From contig NW_026250415.1 in the NCBI RefSeq assembly GCF_024521635.1, positions 558,001-622,000 of the forward strand: a stretch of DNA of 64,000 nt, written 5' to 3'. This stretch comes from Tricharina praecox (lineage: Eukaryota). Shown piece after piece: positions 35,996 through 49,341 of this stretch. The notes below the pieces were generated by a model. The model ran no database searches. It saw only the letters and a program-made list of their open reading frames with translations, and was not told the DNA's origin. Made by a program: the position numbers and the translations under genes. Every line of letters starts with the position of its first letter. The first letter of the stretch is position 1.

Positions 35996-38900
35996 GTGTA
36001 GTGAGGTTTGTGGGTGTCTCGGGCATTAGGAAGTACGAGTTGACACTTGACAGCTCGAAGGCGGCAGCTGAGAGCCACGCCATAACTTCATTTCAAGTTT
36101 CAACCTGAGAATCGCCCAAATTCTCTAACCCACTGCTGAGTTTTGAATTTTCCGTCGGATTACTAGTGTAGAGCCGTGTGAACCAAGCGGCCCATCCAGC
36201 TCAAGGGGGGACGTGATGCAGGCCATCACTCCACAGCCCAGCTGCGGGTTAACTAAGGGGCTATTGCCAGCACGGGTACATCCGGGGGGACCCAGTCCCA
36301 CCGGGAGAAGCCGAGACGGTGGCGGCAGTGTTGTTGGAACTTGGGTCCATGATTGTCAGCGGGAGGCTGACTTTGCAGACTGGGGATGCGGGAACGGGCG
36401 GAAGTTGGAGCAGCCTCCATCGCGGTGATTTCGACTGAAACGCACAGACAATGGATCATGGATGATGAACGCGATAGCTTGCCTTACACCCGTAGTTATT
36501 CTTTTTGGTCCGGAAAAAAAAGAATATGTATTGTACTACCGGAAGTAGAATGAGTGATTGACTTATAGATAGGCTGGGGGAGGTTTTGTAGAGCGCCGTG
36601 CACAGGAACTAAAATTATCACCACAACAACAGACATGGGTCCTTGCAAGAAGAGTAAAGCACCCACGCTGATTAACTATCGTGTAAACCGAGTCCTTGCC
36701 ATCGACATTGATTACTGAGGTTCATAGATCAGCGTGTACTACCTACGGGATGTAAACAAACATGGTGGTTGGTAGTAGAATGTCTCAGTGCTCCAACTTC
36801 CGGTTCCCTTTCCCTCGCAAAATGGAACCAGAAAACAAATAGCAAAGCACGGAGAAACTCTAGAGGATCCGGCAAGAGTTGGATTTCACTGAATCTTCTG
36901 AAGTCGTCAAGAGCCGAATAGTGAATGTATTGGACGCGAAAGATTGCGCGAGTAACTCGGTTTTGTGCCGGAAGAAACTCACAGAAGTACGGCTGTGATA
37001 CAGCGCATTGCGAGCAAAATCACGAGGTCCGAAGTAGGATAGCAGAATATAAACTGTAACTTCTGAAGACATCTTGCTTGTGGGATCAGTCAAGCTACCA
37101 GTTAATGTGGTTGTAGCTCTTGAAAAAAAGAGCCGAACCTCCCACTTTCCGTGCGCGGACAAAACCCTCATATACCCCCTGATGGTTCTAGAGTAGTTCT
37201 AGTGCACGAAATCTGTAGAACCTCCCTTGTGTTTCGGGCCGTTGGGAATGTTTTCCTGATTCCTCGGAGCAAGGAACGGGCAATAGGCATTACAAAAAGG
37301 CGCTCACGGAGGTCTTCCGTCTCACGTCCTTAGACCTAAACCCTCAGAAGCTGGCAAAAAAGAATGATGGAGTGAAGGATCTCCAACCTGCTCAGAAGAG
37401 CCCATGTAGGGGGGAAAGCCGAATGGAAATCGAATGATGTCGCGGTTCCAGACCCCTCGTCCTCAATTCAGAAGGTTGGGAAATCCCACTCACAGACTCG
37501 GTTCAGAAGCTGGCCACCGGGGGACCACCTGCCGGCCGGGAAGGGGGTGAAATCCTCGAGAAGAAAGAAGCGAGACCCAACAGGAAGCGTCGTGAGGTTC
37601 GCCACCCGGCTATGTGGCATCAATGATCGAGGACGTCGCTTCCAGCCAACAGATATTGCTGCGGCTGCCCGCACGGTCCTTACAAACTCCAGATATGTAT
37701 GGAACCCACGGATGCGGGGAGCTCAGTAGAGCCTTGTCTTACTTTTTCTGGTCTGCAGATGTGTCTGTAGGATCTTTTCCCCCTGCCATACGCGTATGCA
37801 TGCTACGTAATTAGCCATGGTCCACCCGGAGCTACTCGCTATCAAGACACTCCAGCCTGTGTAAGGAGTTCGAGGAGCGGTGGTCTGCCCGTGTTGTGGT
37901 GTAGACGGGAAGTGGGTCGGCCCAGCTGCAGACATCCGCCTAGGGCTGAATCGCAGCTACGGAAGAGGTGGATTGGGCCGATGAGACGAGTTCTCTGTGC
38001 CATATCAGCGCTCGTCTTCTGAATGCTGCGTGCATTTGGGGAATTGAGGTCACACGGCAGTCATGCACTGGGCGACTGTAAACAACTTCAGCTCCGCTGT
38101 TCGGCTGATCCGAGCCCTACAGAAACGCGTCTGGAAACATGCTGAGTGCGGACCTTGCTGCGGTGCATGCTTGGGAGAAACAACGACGGCAGCGAAGAAA
38201 GAGGTGGAGAGAGTATCCTGAGTCCTCGCCTATCAGGCTCGATTTGGCAGGGCTTAGTGCTGAGCCTGCAGTTTGTGCGACATCGACGACGGATGTCTCG
38301 GCTACAATTCCTCGGGCCAGTCCTCTTTCTTCTCCATCGCCACCCGCGCCCCACCTCGTGCCGCGATCTGCACGCTATGTATTGGCTGGTCACTTCTCCG
38401 CAGAACAGATCAACCGGATGGATGTAGGACGAAGCTGCACCTCGAGGTCGAAGCCAGCTGAATGGCTCAACTAGCTCAAGCCACATGGCATGGGGCTTAG
38501 CGCAATATATGCAGGTACATTCGTCGTCCCCCCGTCTATGTACTCCACATTGCGAGCAGACTCTCACGGGTATGTAGGGGAATTCCAAGTAGTTACTGCT
38601 CTACGGACCCGCCGAGGAAGCTGCCTGCCAGTTGAGCGGCAAAACCTCGAAGCGATCAAGATTCCCCGAAGGAGGCAACATTCCAAAACAACTGGCCCGG
38701 AATGTCGACGGTCTGGAATTCTAAATTCCCAGACAGTGCGGACATGCGGTAACAATCGCGCCGGAGAGTATCCGCGTTCTCGCATCGAAAATTCAGCCAG
38801 GGGATTGGCGTTTCGTTTCCAGCTGAGCTGTCACTGGCTTTCGTATGCACAGTGGAGATGGAGGCCACACGGAGAATATGAGACGATGTCTCACGCGTCC

Positions 38901-39168
38901 ACGGACTCAGCCTCCGAACCGGCCTTCTCATGCATGCGGTAATCCGGGTGGAGTTTAGGTCTATTCTGGCTCAAGCTTCAGTTCCTGTCGTCGACATATC
39001 GGGGAGCACAAGTGGTATAGCAGACACCCTTCCGGAAAGAGCATCAGGATGGGGTCGCAGCTCTACATAAAGACGTCTTCTCTTCCACCTCAGTCTCGCT
39101 CACCAGTTCGACCAACCAGATTCCTCTATTGCTTCAATCCTTTACTTTCTTTCACACTCATCGCGAAG

Positions 39169-42100
39169 ATGCTTTTCGATTCGGTCTTCAAACCCAACGG
39201 GACCAATGGAGGTACATTTCTTCTAGCCATTCATGGTCTTCGTGTCATGGTGGCGGCACATTTCTAATAGTGCTTGAGAATAGTCGCCAACGGCACCAAA
39301 GGCCATACGAAGGACGACGTATCTTCGAACGGTGACAGTAGCAGCAGTGGCACTGCGACCCCCATTCATACGGATAGCCTCACCATCCGTCAACCCCTAC
39401 CTGAAATGATCAAGCCAACTATGACGCGAGTATACGAGTCGACCCAGGAGACGTATATTCTCAAAGACACCACGACGTTGATCACCGTCCGGTGCAAGAA
39501 GGAGTTTCCCTCGAAGGTAGACGACATCTTGACGGGAGTGCCCACCTGCCATGCATTCCTGGATTTCATCGCCACCGAGAGATTGAGGAGCATGCCACAC
39601 AAGGGAAGCAAGTGGGATAAGGTCTTGAAGTGGGCCGAGGGCTACAGCCGAAAGGTCGATGCGTACTCGCATGCTATCAGTGGCTTCGCCCCTCATAGCT
39701 GGGAATCGGCAAGGCTTGTTTGGGGATGCTGTCGGTGGCTTTTGCGGGTAAGACAACTCGTGCACGTCTGGCGAATGGGCTTTCTGACGCGTCTTTAGAT
39801 GGGCCCGGAATACGTCGAGATGCTTGAAAAGATCTTCGGTGTCATGTGCCAGATCGGACAGACCCTCGACTTCTTCCTGAAGAATAAGCGCCTTTTCTGT
39901 GCCTCCGTGGAGATTCAGGACATCCTTGCTCTGGCATACTCCGATCTCATCCGATTCACGGTCGAGACCACCATTCATTACAAGAAGACCACGAGCATCT
40001 GTCTCGCAGACTTCGATATCCTGTTCGGCCGTGTTGTTGATTCCTTCTTCCACCGCAAGGAGTGTTTCACCAGCGAATCGTGGGCCTGCAGTTTAAGAGA
40101 AGAATCCCTTACTACCACATCCACCACCACCATTCACATCATCCGGCAATGGCTCTCGGTCCAGGATAGAACCTTAGATATCTGTCTTTCCAACCGCATG
40201 GGGACGCGTACCGCCAGATACGAATTTACCTGCGAGTGGTTTGAGAGCCACATGCGGGAGTTCCAACGTGATAGGACCGATGTGCTATGGGTGTGTGGAA
40301 AGTCCGGCTCGGGTATGTAATTCCCCTCCTCTGTGGCGCTACCTTCCGTCTAACTGAGCCTAGGAAAGAGTGTACTCTCTGGTTGGATCCTGGAGAGACT
40401 GCGGAGAACCCAAGGTACCCGCAATGGCTATGACGTTATCTCCTATGCCGTTGGTGAGTGCTACTAGATATACCCTACGCTCAACGGATGACACTTACGC
40501 AAGACACAGATGCCAATCTTAAGAGCGAAAGGTCGTCGTTCAGCATCGTGAGGTCGCTGCTCCTGCAACTCCTTGAGAGGAACGTTGGAGACTTGTCGGT
40601 CTACAAGATCCTTTCGGCACTCTATGAGCGTGCGGAGCGCAGTGGAGTAACCGACAACCTTGAAGCCGCTCTGTGGAAGGCTTTCGACTCCGCTCTGGGA
40701 CGAAGCGAGTGCAAGTTGATGATTGTCATTGACGGTCTCGATCATCTGGATGGCGGCGAGCCTGTGATCTGGGAGCTTTGCGAAAGACTGCGCTGCACAG
40801 CATCTAAGTACAGCTACGTCAAGTGCTTGCTCCTCTCCCGGCCGTTGAGCAAACCATGCCCGTCCACCATCAAGGAGTTCGTCATCGAGGCAACCTGCAA
40901 CACTGCCGACATCAAGCGGTTTGTCGACATAACCATCAATTCTTGCATCGAGTTCAAGACCCTCAAGGTTGAAGAACGCCGCAAAGTTGTCGAGACGATC
41001 ACGCAAACTTCGTCCGGCACGTTCGTATGGGCCGAATATTCCCTCCAACTGCTTCGGATGGAGAAAACGGTGGCCAATATGATGAAGTGCCTCGACACCC
41101 TCTCGACCATGAAGACCCTGGATGATATTCTTCACAAGCTCATTCTCAAGCTCGACCTCAAACAGTCGGATACCAAACTTTTGATATGCCTACTTCTCGC
41201 TGCCGAGAGGCCGCTCACCGTTCAGGAGCTCGGGTGCCTGTTCGAGATCGACGTCACCAACTGCAGCCGCTCCGCCCGCCTTACCAAGATCGAGGATGAT
41301 ATCCGTATCGCCTGTGGCTCTCTAGTCACCATCCGCGATGGGCTCGTGTGCTTTTCGCACGTCTCCGTCAAGGACTACCTCATGGAGCTTTGTCTCTCGG
41401 ACGATGACTTCCCATTGAGTATCGAGGAAGCTCACACGGAACTCACCATCCGGAGTTTGGGGTACATGAAGATTTCTCTGAAGGGCATGGACCACGAGCC
41501 CACGCTTGAATGCGGTTGGGATGGCTCCGAAGAGGTCCTGCAGAAACATCAGTTCCTCGAATACGCCGCGCGCCACTACGTCATCCACTTCAAGCAATCC
41601 ACCATGTACAACTCCAAAGGAAGCCACAGCTGCTCGGCAACTTTCAAAGCCTGCTTTCCTAACTCCTCTTTCCTCGCGTTCATCGAAGGCAGCTGGTGGG
41701 AGACGCAAACCTGTGCCAGTGAAGCTGCAGAACTGCACCATCTTGCCCTGCAGCTCCGGAAGATCGCGCTGGGCGAGAAGTGCGTCTCGGTTGTCCAGTG
41801 CTACATCAACCTGGCCAGAACACAACAGAACCTTTCGAGTTATGTTTTTGCCAGCGAGAGTTACTACGAGACGTGGAAGATCGTTTGCAAGGTCTTGGGT
41901 GAGACCCATGCGATTACTCGCGCCTGTGCCAAAGCTGTTATCACTTGCACGGAGTTGGTCACTACCACCACTGCGACGGTCACTCGCACCGAGACTATCA
42001 TCAAGCGCAAGGAGACCATATACAAGTATATGTACACCCACTGCGAGACCAGCGAGGAGAAGATCACCTATGCCAAGGTGCTCGCAGAGCTTTACATCCA

Positions 42101-45100
42101 GCTCAAGAGGACGGAAGAGGCTCTCACGATCTACCACGAGATACGGAAGGTGTGCATCGAAGTCTATGGCGAGCTTCACGAGGAGACGACCACCATGACC
42201 AGATGTCTCACTAAAGTCCTCGAAGTTCTCGAGAAGCATGAGGAGTGCATCACCATCACCCGCAAGCTTTTGGAGACCTGCGAGAAGACCACCGAGGTGT
42301 GGGAGGAAAAGCGCATCACCACCACCATCACCATGGTCGAAGTCTACGAGAAGCAGAAGGAGATCAAGAAGGCTGAAGAGCTTTTGATCAGTCTTTGCCG
42401 AAGCATCACCGAGGTCTGCAGAACCAGCCACGAGGAACATTACCATGAGGCAAAAATCAAGATCACGCTCGAGTATGTCCGGTTCTTGGAGCGCTGCTCC
42501 AGAGACAAGGAGGCCGAGAAGATCTTGATCGAGTTGTGGAACGAGTTCAAAGGCCAGCTGAACGAGAATGACTGCAACCATGGCCATGGCTTGCTCATCC
42601 AGATCCGGATCATCGGCGACGAGTTGAAGAAGTGGAAGATTGTGGCGGTCGCCGAGTCCGTGTTCTCTTCTCTGTGGGGATTCTACAAGAGAACGAGCAG
42701 AACCACAAGTAAGGAGGCCACCTCTATCGCGATCAAGCTTTCCGAGGTTCTCAACATCAAGCAAGAAACCCATAGCGAGGAGACCATCTTGAAAGAAATT
42801 TTCAAGACCACCTCCACCAAGACCACGGTTGACATCACCGTCATTAAGACGTGTACGAAACTCAGCGCTTTCTACGAGCGAGAGGAGCGGTGGGCGGAGG
42901 CCATTAGTGTCTGCACCAAGTCCCTGGTCAAGATCTGGTCATCCCTCATCAGTTTCATCGAGAGCAGGTCGGGCATCTGCGCTCTGCCGGCGGAGTATTT
43001 CGAGGAGGCGATCATGATTGCACGGCGCCTCGCCATCTGCTATTTCAAAGCTGGCCACATTCACAATGCTGAGAGCGTCTACATCTACATCTTCAGCGCC
43101 TGCAGGTCTTCTCTGCAGGTCCACGACGAGTACATCCTTTCTACGGCGGAGTTTCTGGTCACCTTTTACGAGTCGATAGGCAAGATTGATCAGGCCCTCA
43201 AGATGTACCAAGAGCTGTATGAGGAGTACCAGGAAGTCCTTGGGTGCTCCCACACGCTCACGGTCAAGATCACCTACAAGCTTGCGCACTTCTGCACGCA
43301 GCATCAGCCCCGAAAGGCCGAGCAATATTACTTGGTCATTGTCACTTCCCTCGGTCACCGTACAGAGATTCTCGAGACGACATCCATCGAAGCCGTTCTC
43401 GTTCTCTGCCGGATCTACGAGACCGACAAGAAGTACAGCGATGCGCTCAAGTACTACCGCAAGCTCTGGCTGACCTTCTGCCGCCGCGGAGAAGACTGCG
43501 GGATGAGCACCGAGACCGTGCTGAACATCTACCAGAAATACGTATACATTCTGGAGCGGGAGTCCCAGTTCTCGATCATCTACGATGTCACCATCCAGTT
43601 CCGCGAGGCGTGCATCAAGCACTACGGAAAGCACCACCACATCAGCGTTCTCGCCACGATCGAGCTTGCGCGTGTCCTCGAGCGCGAGGAGTCGAAGCAC
43701 CAGGAGGCCATCGTCATCTACGAGGAGGTCCGCAAGATCATCTCCGAACACAGTGAGCTTAGGATCATCATGCAGGCCACCATAGTTGAGGTCCGCAAGC
43801 GGCTTGCACAGCTCTACGCTGTCCACACTTCGTCCAGCTCCAAGGCGGAGGTGATCTACATTGAGTCCTGGGAGGAGTATAAGTGCAAGCATGGGTGCTC
43901 ACACGAGGAGAGTCTATCGCGCCTCTACGAACTGATCATGTTCTTCAAGAAGCAGAGCACCAAGGAGTGCACGCATACGGCCACTATCACCCTCCAAACC
44001 ACCATCATTGAGATCATCACTAAGGAGAAGGACACGCAGCGGTTGTTTTTCGCCGCTGGATCGATCGCAAAACTCTACCTGGCATTGGGCCTCAAAGAAC
44101 TCGCGTTCGAGCTCCTCCAGGAACTCAGCCTGCAGCTCAACTCGGTCGAGGTCAGGACTTCGAAGAAGTTCGGGTTCTCGCTCCGCACTGGACACACGCT
44201 GGATCGGAGGTCTTTCCTCTTCGTCGTTGCATTCGAGGAAACGCTGAGGGGCAACTGCTCGGCCAATCTCTACGCCGAACTGATGACCGACCTCGTCACC
44301 GAGACGACACTGTACGAGAGCTGGATGCGGACGCTGAAATACGGCGGATCATTCGAGTCCTCGCTCAGCGTTGGAGCTCGGCTGCGGCTTTTCCTTGTCA
44401 GCAAGCACCGAGAGGAAGAATGCAACCGGATCACCGAGGAGCTTTGGGAGCTTTTCCAGGGCGGAGTTGGCAAGCAGGCGAAGAAGTCCGGCATCATCTG
44501 GGAGCTGTTCCTCATCTGCGTCAGGGAGATGGGAGTCGAAGAGCACGACCTTACGGTCCTCGAGACCGCTGCCACCACAGTGGTCACCCACTACGAGAAG
44601 GGCGACTTCGCGGGATCCCACGAGCTCGCCACTTGGACTTACCAGTACGTCAAGGTTCATGGCGGCTTCATCGAGCAGCGGAACCTCGCCGTTGGCTTCA
44701 AGATCTCCCTGTGTATGGCTGGGAAGGGCTCGCCGCCGTGGAAACGCTGCCAGGATGAAAAGCTGAAGGTGATGATGATGGAGCTTTCGCGCACCGTGTT
44801 GGCCGAGGTCCTCAAGGCCAGCGAGTCGGAGCATATGTCGTTCAGCAAGATGCGCATTGAGGAGGTAAACCTGATCGTTGGACTCCTCGGCGAGCAGCAG
44901 AACTTCAAAGATCTCGAGGTAACTTCACCCCTCCCCTTTCCCCTCTGTCCCGCGCCCTCCACCGCAAAACATACTAACAATCCTGATAGCGTATTCTCCG
45001 CGACCTCTGGGAAGCACGCCAACACCGCGCCTCATGGAGCGCAGACGTAATCGTGTCGATCGGCCACCGACTATGCGAAGTCCTCTTCGCCTCGGGCAAG

Positions 45101-45619
45101 CGTTCCGAAGCGATCGATCTCTGCAACGACATCCGGTACAACGTGAAGCGAGTCTGGGGGGCCGTTGACGCCAGCACAGTTCTCAGCTACAACCTTCTGT
45201 CAGGGATGTACACTGCATCGGGCTCGTACGACAAGGCGATGGAGCTGCACGTGGAGCTGTTACGGGAGACGCTCGCGCCCGAGAACGAAGACGAGCTTGT
45301 CGACGTCGCCTCCGGCGTCATTTTACAGCAGATGAAGCTGCTGAAGCGCAGCTATCAGAGGCTGGGTAGATGGATTGATAGTCCCGAGGAGTACAGGAAG
45401 CTCTGGGACGGCTTCGAGGAGCTGTTCGATCATACCGATGACCTGTGGAAGGGAATCGACCATATCAAGACGTGGTCGCCGAAGCCCACCGGCGTAAAGG
45501 TCCATGAGGGCATTGGAATGTGGAAGGCGCCCGGGAATTGGTGCTTCCTTCCGAACGAGGATGAGAAGAAGAGTAGGGCCAGACATGCGTGTCATCTGAG
45601 GAGTGAGGATGATGATTAG
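39169..45619 (+). CDS. NACHT (STAND) NTPase with long degenerate TPR-like C-terminus; fungal NLR-like, about 2049 aa
   Basis: Exons 39169-39211, 39284-39747, 39799-40312, 40364-40453, 40510-44918, 44990-45619 (6150 nt, in frame). TCEWF, Walker A GKSGSGKS, Walker B IVIDGLD, LLLSRP, GTFVWA, AERPLTVQEL, FSHVSVKDYL, FLEYAARHY. Confidence 0.9.
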
Positions 45620-47254
45620 CCGGTTTGAGGGGGCGCTGCTTTAATGGGTTCTGTTCGCGGGTTATCTTGGATTGTACTTTTGTTACAGCGTTGCTTTTTG
45701 CGTGGGATCTTTCTTCTCGGTTTTGGAATAGGGTACTGGGTGGGTGGGTGGCTGGCTTATGTTTGATGTTTTTGTATTTGGGTCTCGTATTTTATGTAGC
45801 ACTATGGATGACGATTTATCTTGAATCTTGAGTTCTTTAGAATACGTTGGATTCCGTGGGTTCCGGTCATACTGTGGGTCCGCTGGTACTGCATTTCATC
45901 CGCACGACGGCAAACGTAGCCCACCTCGTTCAGAATTATGCGACATCACTCACCACCGCCCACCCAACACCGAGTGATACTAGGAGCACACGATACTCCA
46001 ATTCGGGACAAGAACAAAAGAACAAACACGGCACGCCGCGCACCTGGCCGTGTCATAGGTACATGGGACAAACCAATTGCCTTCATCACTCATTATTATA
46101 TGTCGAACTACGTTGACCTCAATAGCTTGGTGCAATATGGCCCCTAGCTTGCCGCGCCGATTGTATGTGCCAGTATATGCCTAACCCAATACCTACCGGA
46201 TGGAAACGCAGCAGTTCCTCAGAACTGGCGCCCCGGCCATACCTACTTCTGAAGATCGTAGGTGCCGCGGGCCAGCATCCAAGCGAGCGGAGTGGGCGGC
46301 CGGCAAGACTCCGCTGCTCGTTGCTCTCAGCCTGCGACCCACACTTGTAGAGGGAGTCCCATATCCGCCGCTGTGGATGGCAGTTATGTAGGTATTGGGT
46401 GCGACATCAAACACCCCACACCCTTTCTGGGCCGTGCAGGCTTTTGTGAGGTGGGCCTTTATTATGTTCTGTTCTGGTTTGTCGCGTTTTATTTTTAGCA
46501 ACGGGAGCGGGATCGGGTTTGTGTTTGACACGATGTTTGGTTCTGGCTTCGGTAAATTCCCGACAGACAGACAGGCGGGCATAATGGGAATAGTTTAGTA
46601 GGTAATGGCCTGAGTGCGAGCGGGTGCGAGCGGGTTGCCGTGGATAGTACCTACCGGCGGTACATACAGAATCTCACGGACCAATGCTGTCATCTGTGGG
46701 CTCGTCGTGATATCAATCCTCTCGCACTGAATAGGCAACTGCCTTGGGTCATCCACTCCCTTCGCTCGCAGACCCAAACCTCCCCTTCCTCCCGTGCTAA
46801 GGCTTCAACTCAGCAAGCGTCGGCTGGAGCATCAAACCACTATTTCATCTACCGTCCAAACTACGGGAAGCTGCATGCGTCTGAGGAAACAACCGAGTTC
46901 CCGGCTATGTTTTTTGTTCGAACGCTCACAGCCACAGTAGAGCACGGCGGCCGGCAAAGTCACTGGCGGCCTACAGGAGCGTGCAGGTAGTGGGAGTCCC
47001 GCTGCTGGGCCACAGCTGGATGGCGGGGATGGAGGGGTGGTGGGGGGTATATATAGCGGCCCATGGTTCTGCTCGATCTCGAGCTCGGGCTTACTCGCTG
47101 CGTACTGCTGCGTACATACTGCATATCGAAGGAACTAGGTACTTGGGTGATCTGGTCGACAGCTGGTAGTTGCGGTTTCTGCTGTTTTTTGGGGGCGCAC
47201 TGACTGACTGACTGACTGACTGACTGTGACAGAGGCAGAGCGAATCGAATCGCA

Positions 47255-47959
47255 ATGGACCAATCGTTCGAAATAACAGAGTACCCCCCTCCCTCCCCGC
47301 CCCTCCCCTCCTCCTCCCCGAGCAGCTAACTCACACACCTTTAGGCGTCCGCCACCGCCTCCACCGCCGAACACGCCCCCGCCCCCTTCCCGCATGCAGC
47401 AGCAGCGAGAGCGCATCCACAACCCGTTGCACCCGCACCACCTGGGCAACATACCGAGCGGGTACACTACGCAGCGACTTCAAGAATGGGGGCCGATGTA
47501 CATATTCGACGCCATGACGAGCGACGCGTTTATCCGCGGGGTATCGATTCCCTCCTCCACGCCGGACGGCATCGTCCGCGTGCGGGTCGATCCCGCCGCT
47601 GGTGGACGCCCGTTCTTTCTTAGGAAGATGTTTGTTAGTGCGGTGGTTAGGTGTGGCTGTGGGACGGGGGAGGGCGCGAGGAGCGGTGGTGAGATATTCC
47701 CGATACGTAAGTGGGGTTGGTGGGCGACGGAACGGATGGAAGCTGATTGGTTGGCGTAGATGTTGAGTATGCGTTGTATCGCGCCCCGCTGCTGGCGGCT
47801 GTGCTGCTGAGTGGGTTTGTGTGCCGCGGGGATTATGTCGAGATCCCGATGCCGCATCCGGAAGTGTGGAGGGAGGTCGTCGTGTGGATTTATACTGGGT
47901 TGTGGGATGGTGGTGAGGAGGTTTTGGAAAATATCATGTACCTAGGTGGGAGGGTTTGA
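47255..47959 (+). CDS. Small hypothetical protein with BTB/POZ-like C-terminal motif
   Basis: Exons 47255-47280, 47345-47706, 47760-47959 join in frame; C-terminus IPMPHPEVWREVVVWIYTG...ENIMYLGGRV. Confidence 0.72.
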
Positions 47960-48167
47960 AACAAGGCGATCAGAGCTTGGTGGTGACTTGAGAAAGAGTA
48001 GGTATGAGTGAGTGATGAAAAAAGTAGGAGATCATTCCATAGAAATCATAAACGCCAATTTTGTAGGTAAAAAACAGTCCACCTCTCCGCCCTGCCATCT
48101 GCCCATCCAGAGCTTGCGGACATCGATATTAGGAAAAAAACGAACTTTTTATCCAGAAAAAACAGCC

Positions 48168-48944
48168 CTACTCCTCCATCGTCTCGGCTTCCGGCTTTTC
48201 GACAACCGTAACCTTCTCGCTCTCCATTGTCCAGTAACTGCACACCTATCAGTACTCGCATCTATAACGGGAACGAGGTGAAACCTACGCAACAGGAGTG
48301 ATTGCGAACTCTGCCGTCATCCGTCCGAACAACTTCAGCAGTGCTGCCTGCTTACTGTCCAGCTTCTGTCCCTCCTTGCACAGCACATACTCCTGGTCCA
48401 ACCACACCTTTCCCTTGACCAATTTTGTGGGCATTCCAAGCGCTCTCATGGTTGTCTCGAGCGAGTGGGGCAGCGGCAAATCGTCGTCCGCCGGCATCTG
48501 ACCACCCAGACTCATCACGACGCCACCAGGCACAATGAAAGTGAGCGGCGCCACAGCACCCATGCGGGCGAAATCCTCGCGCACAAAGTTCTCCAAGTAC
48601 TCGATCAGCTGCTCTGGCGTTCTCTGCGAGAAGATCAGCCCGACGTTGCCGGCGATGTGCTGCGAGAGTTTGTGCAGGCTTGGCCGCAGCTCCTCGGCGT
48701 CGGTGAGCCCGAGCGCTTTCGCCATGACTTTGGTCTTGCCGAAGAACAGCCGCGAGTCGCTGAGCTCAGATCGCACCTCCTTTAAGTGCGTGTTGCGCAT
48801 ATTGCTGACGGAAAACACCAGGATCGTGGGGTACGTGTCAACGCTTTCGCGGATCGAGGTGAACAGGCGCTCGTTGTTCTCGCGGCCGGGCTTTTTGGCG
48901 GTAGCAGTGAGGGACACCTGCTTGTTGCGCTTGGAGCGGGGCAT
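48168..48944 (-). CDS. MRT4: Ribosome assembly factor Mrt4 (P0 paralog)
   Basis: MPRSKRNKQVSLT, VFSVSNMRNTHLKEVR, FFGKTKVMAKALG, LGMPTKL; intron about 48238-48288; last exon YWTMESEKV...EE*. Confidence 0.95.
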
Positions 48945-49047
48945 TTTGTCGTTTTGGTTGGGAAGGTGTGGCGGAAGACTGGTTTGGTTTGGTTGAAGGT
49001 AGTGGCGATGGTGGTGGAAGGTTGATGGGTTTGAGGTGGGTTGGGTT

Positions 49048-49078
49048 GCGATAAGCGCAAGAACGAATCTTTTTTTCT
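49048..49078. promoter_or_regulatory. PAC-like (GCGATAAG) and RRPE-like (GAAAAAAAGATT on minus strand) elements upstream of MRT4
   Basis: About 105-135 bp upstream of a ribosome-biogenesis ATG; resemble yeast PAC GCGATGAG and RRPE TGAAAAATTT. Confidence 0.5.
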
Positions 49079-49341
49079 GACTTGGATTGAGTGCATGGCA
49101 CTAGCCGCCTGCGGTTGGCGCCGCCGAGACGAGCTTAATTTTGAGCCGCTTTTGCAAAGCGGATCACTCGGTATGGTAAGTGCGGGGCGCGGGGTGGAGT
49201 GGCCGTCACATCGTCATATGCTCATATCGTTGCAGGTTGTCACATCTGCTCCCGGTACAACCATATTCAACAAGAGAGAGATGGTCTACCAGAAGTTACC
49301 TGATGATATCTACACGCATATAATACACACATTCCCAATCT

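Noticed and set aside
39169-39400. Amyloid signalling motif at the NLR N-terminus
   Set aside because: NGTNGVANGT is short low-complexity sequence that does not match HET-s, PP or sigma patterns as far as I can see, and no intact adjacent effector gene was found.
41322-43892. Long antisense ORFs (483 and 317 aa) over the NACHT gene; similar ones over CAT2, TCP1, SNP1 and IRC3
   Set aside because: Shadow ORFs expected from biased codon usage of the sense gene; no motifs.
7300-48000. Starship giant transposon
   Set aside because: No DUF3435 tyrosine-recombinase captain and no boundary repeats recognised.
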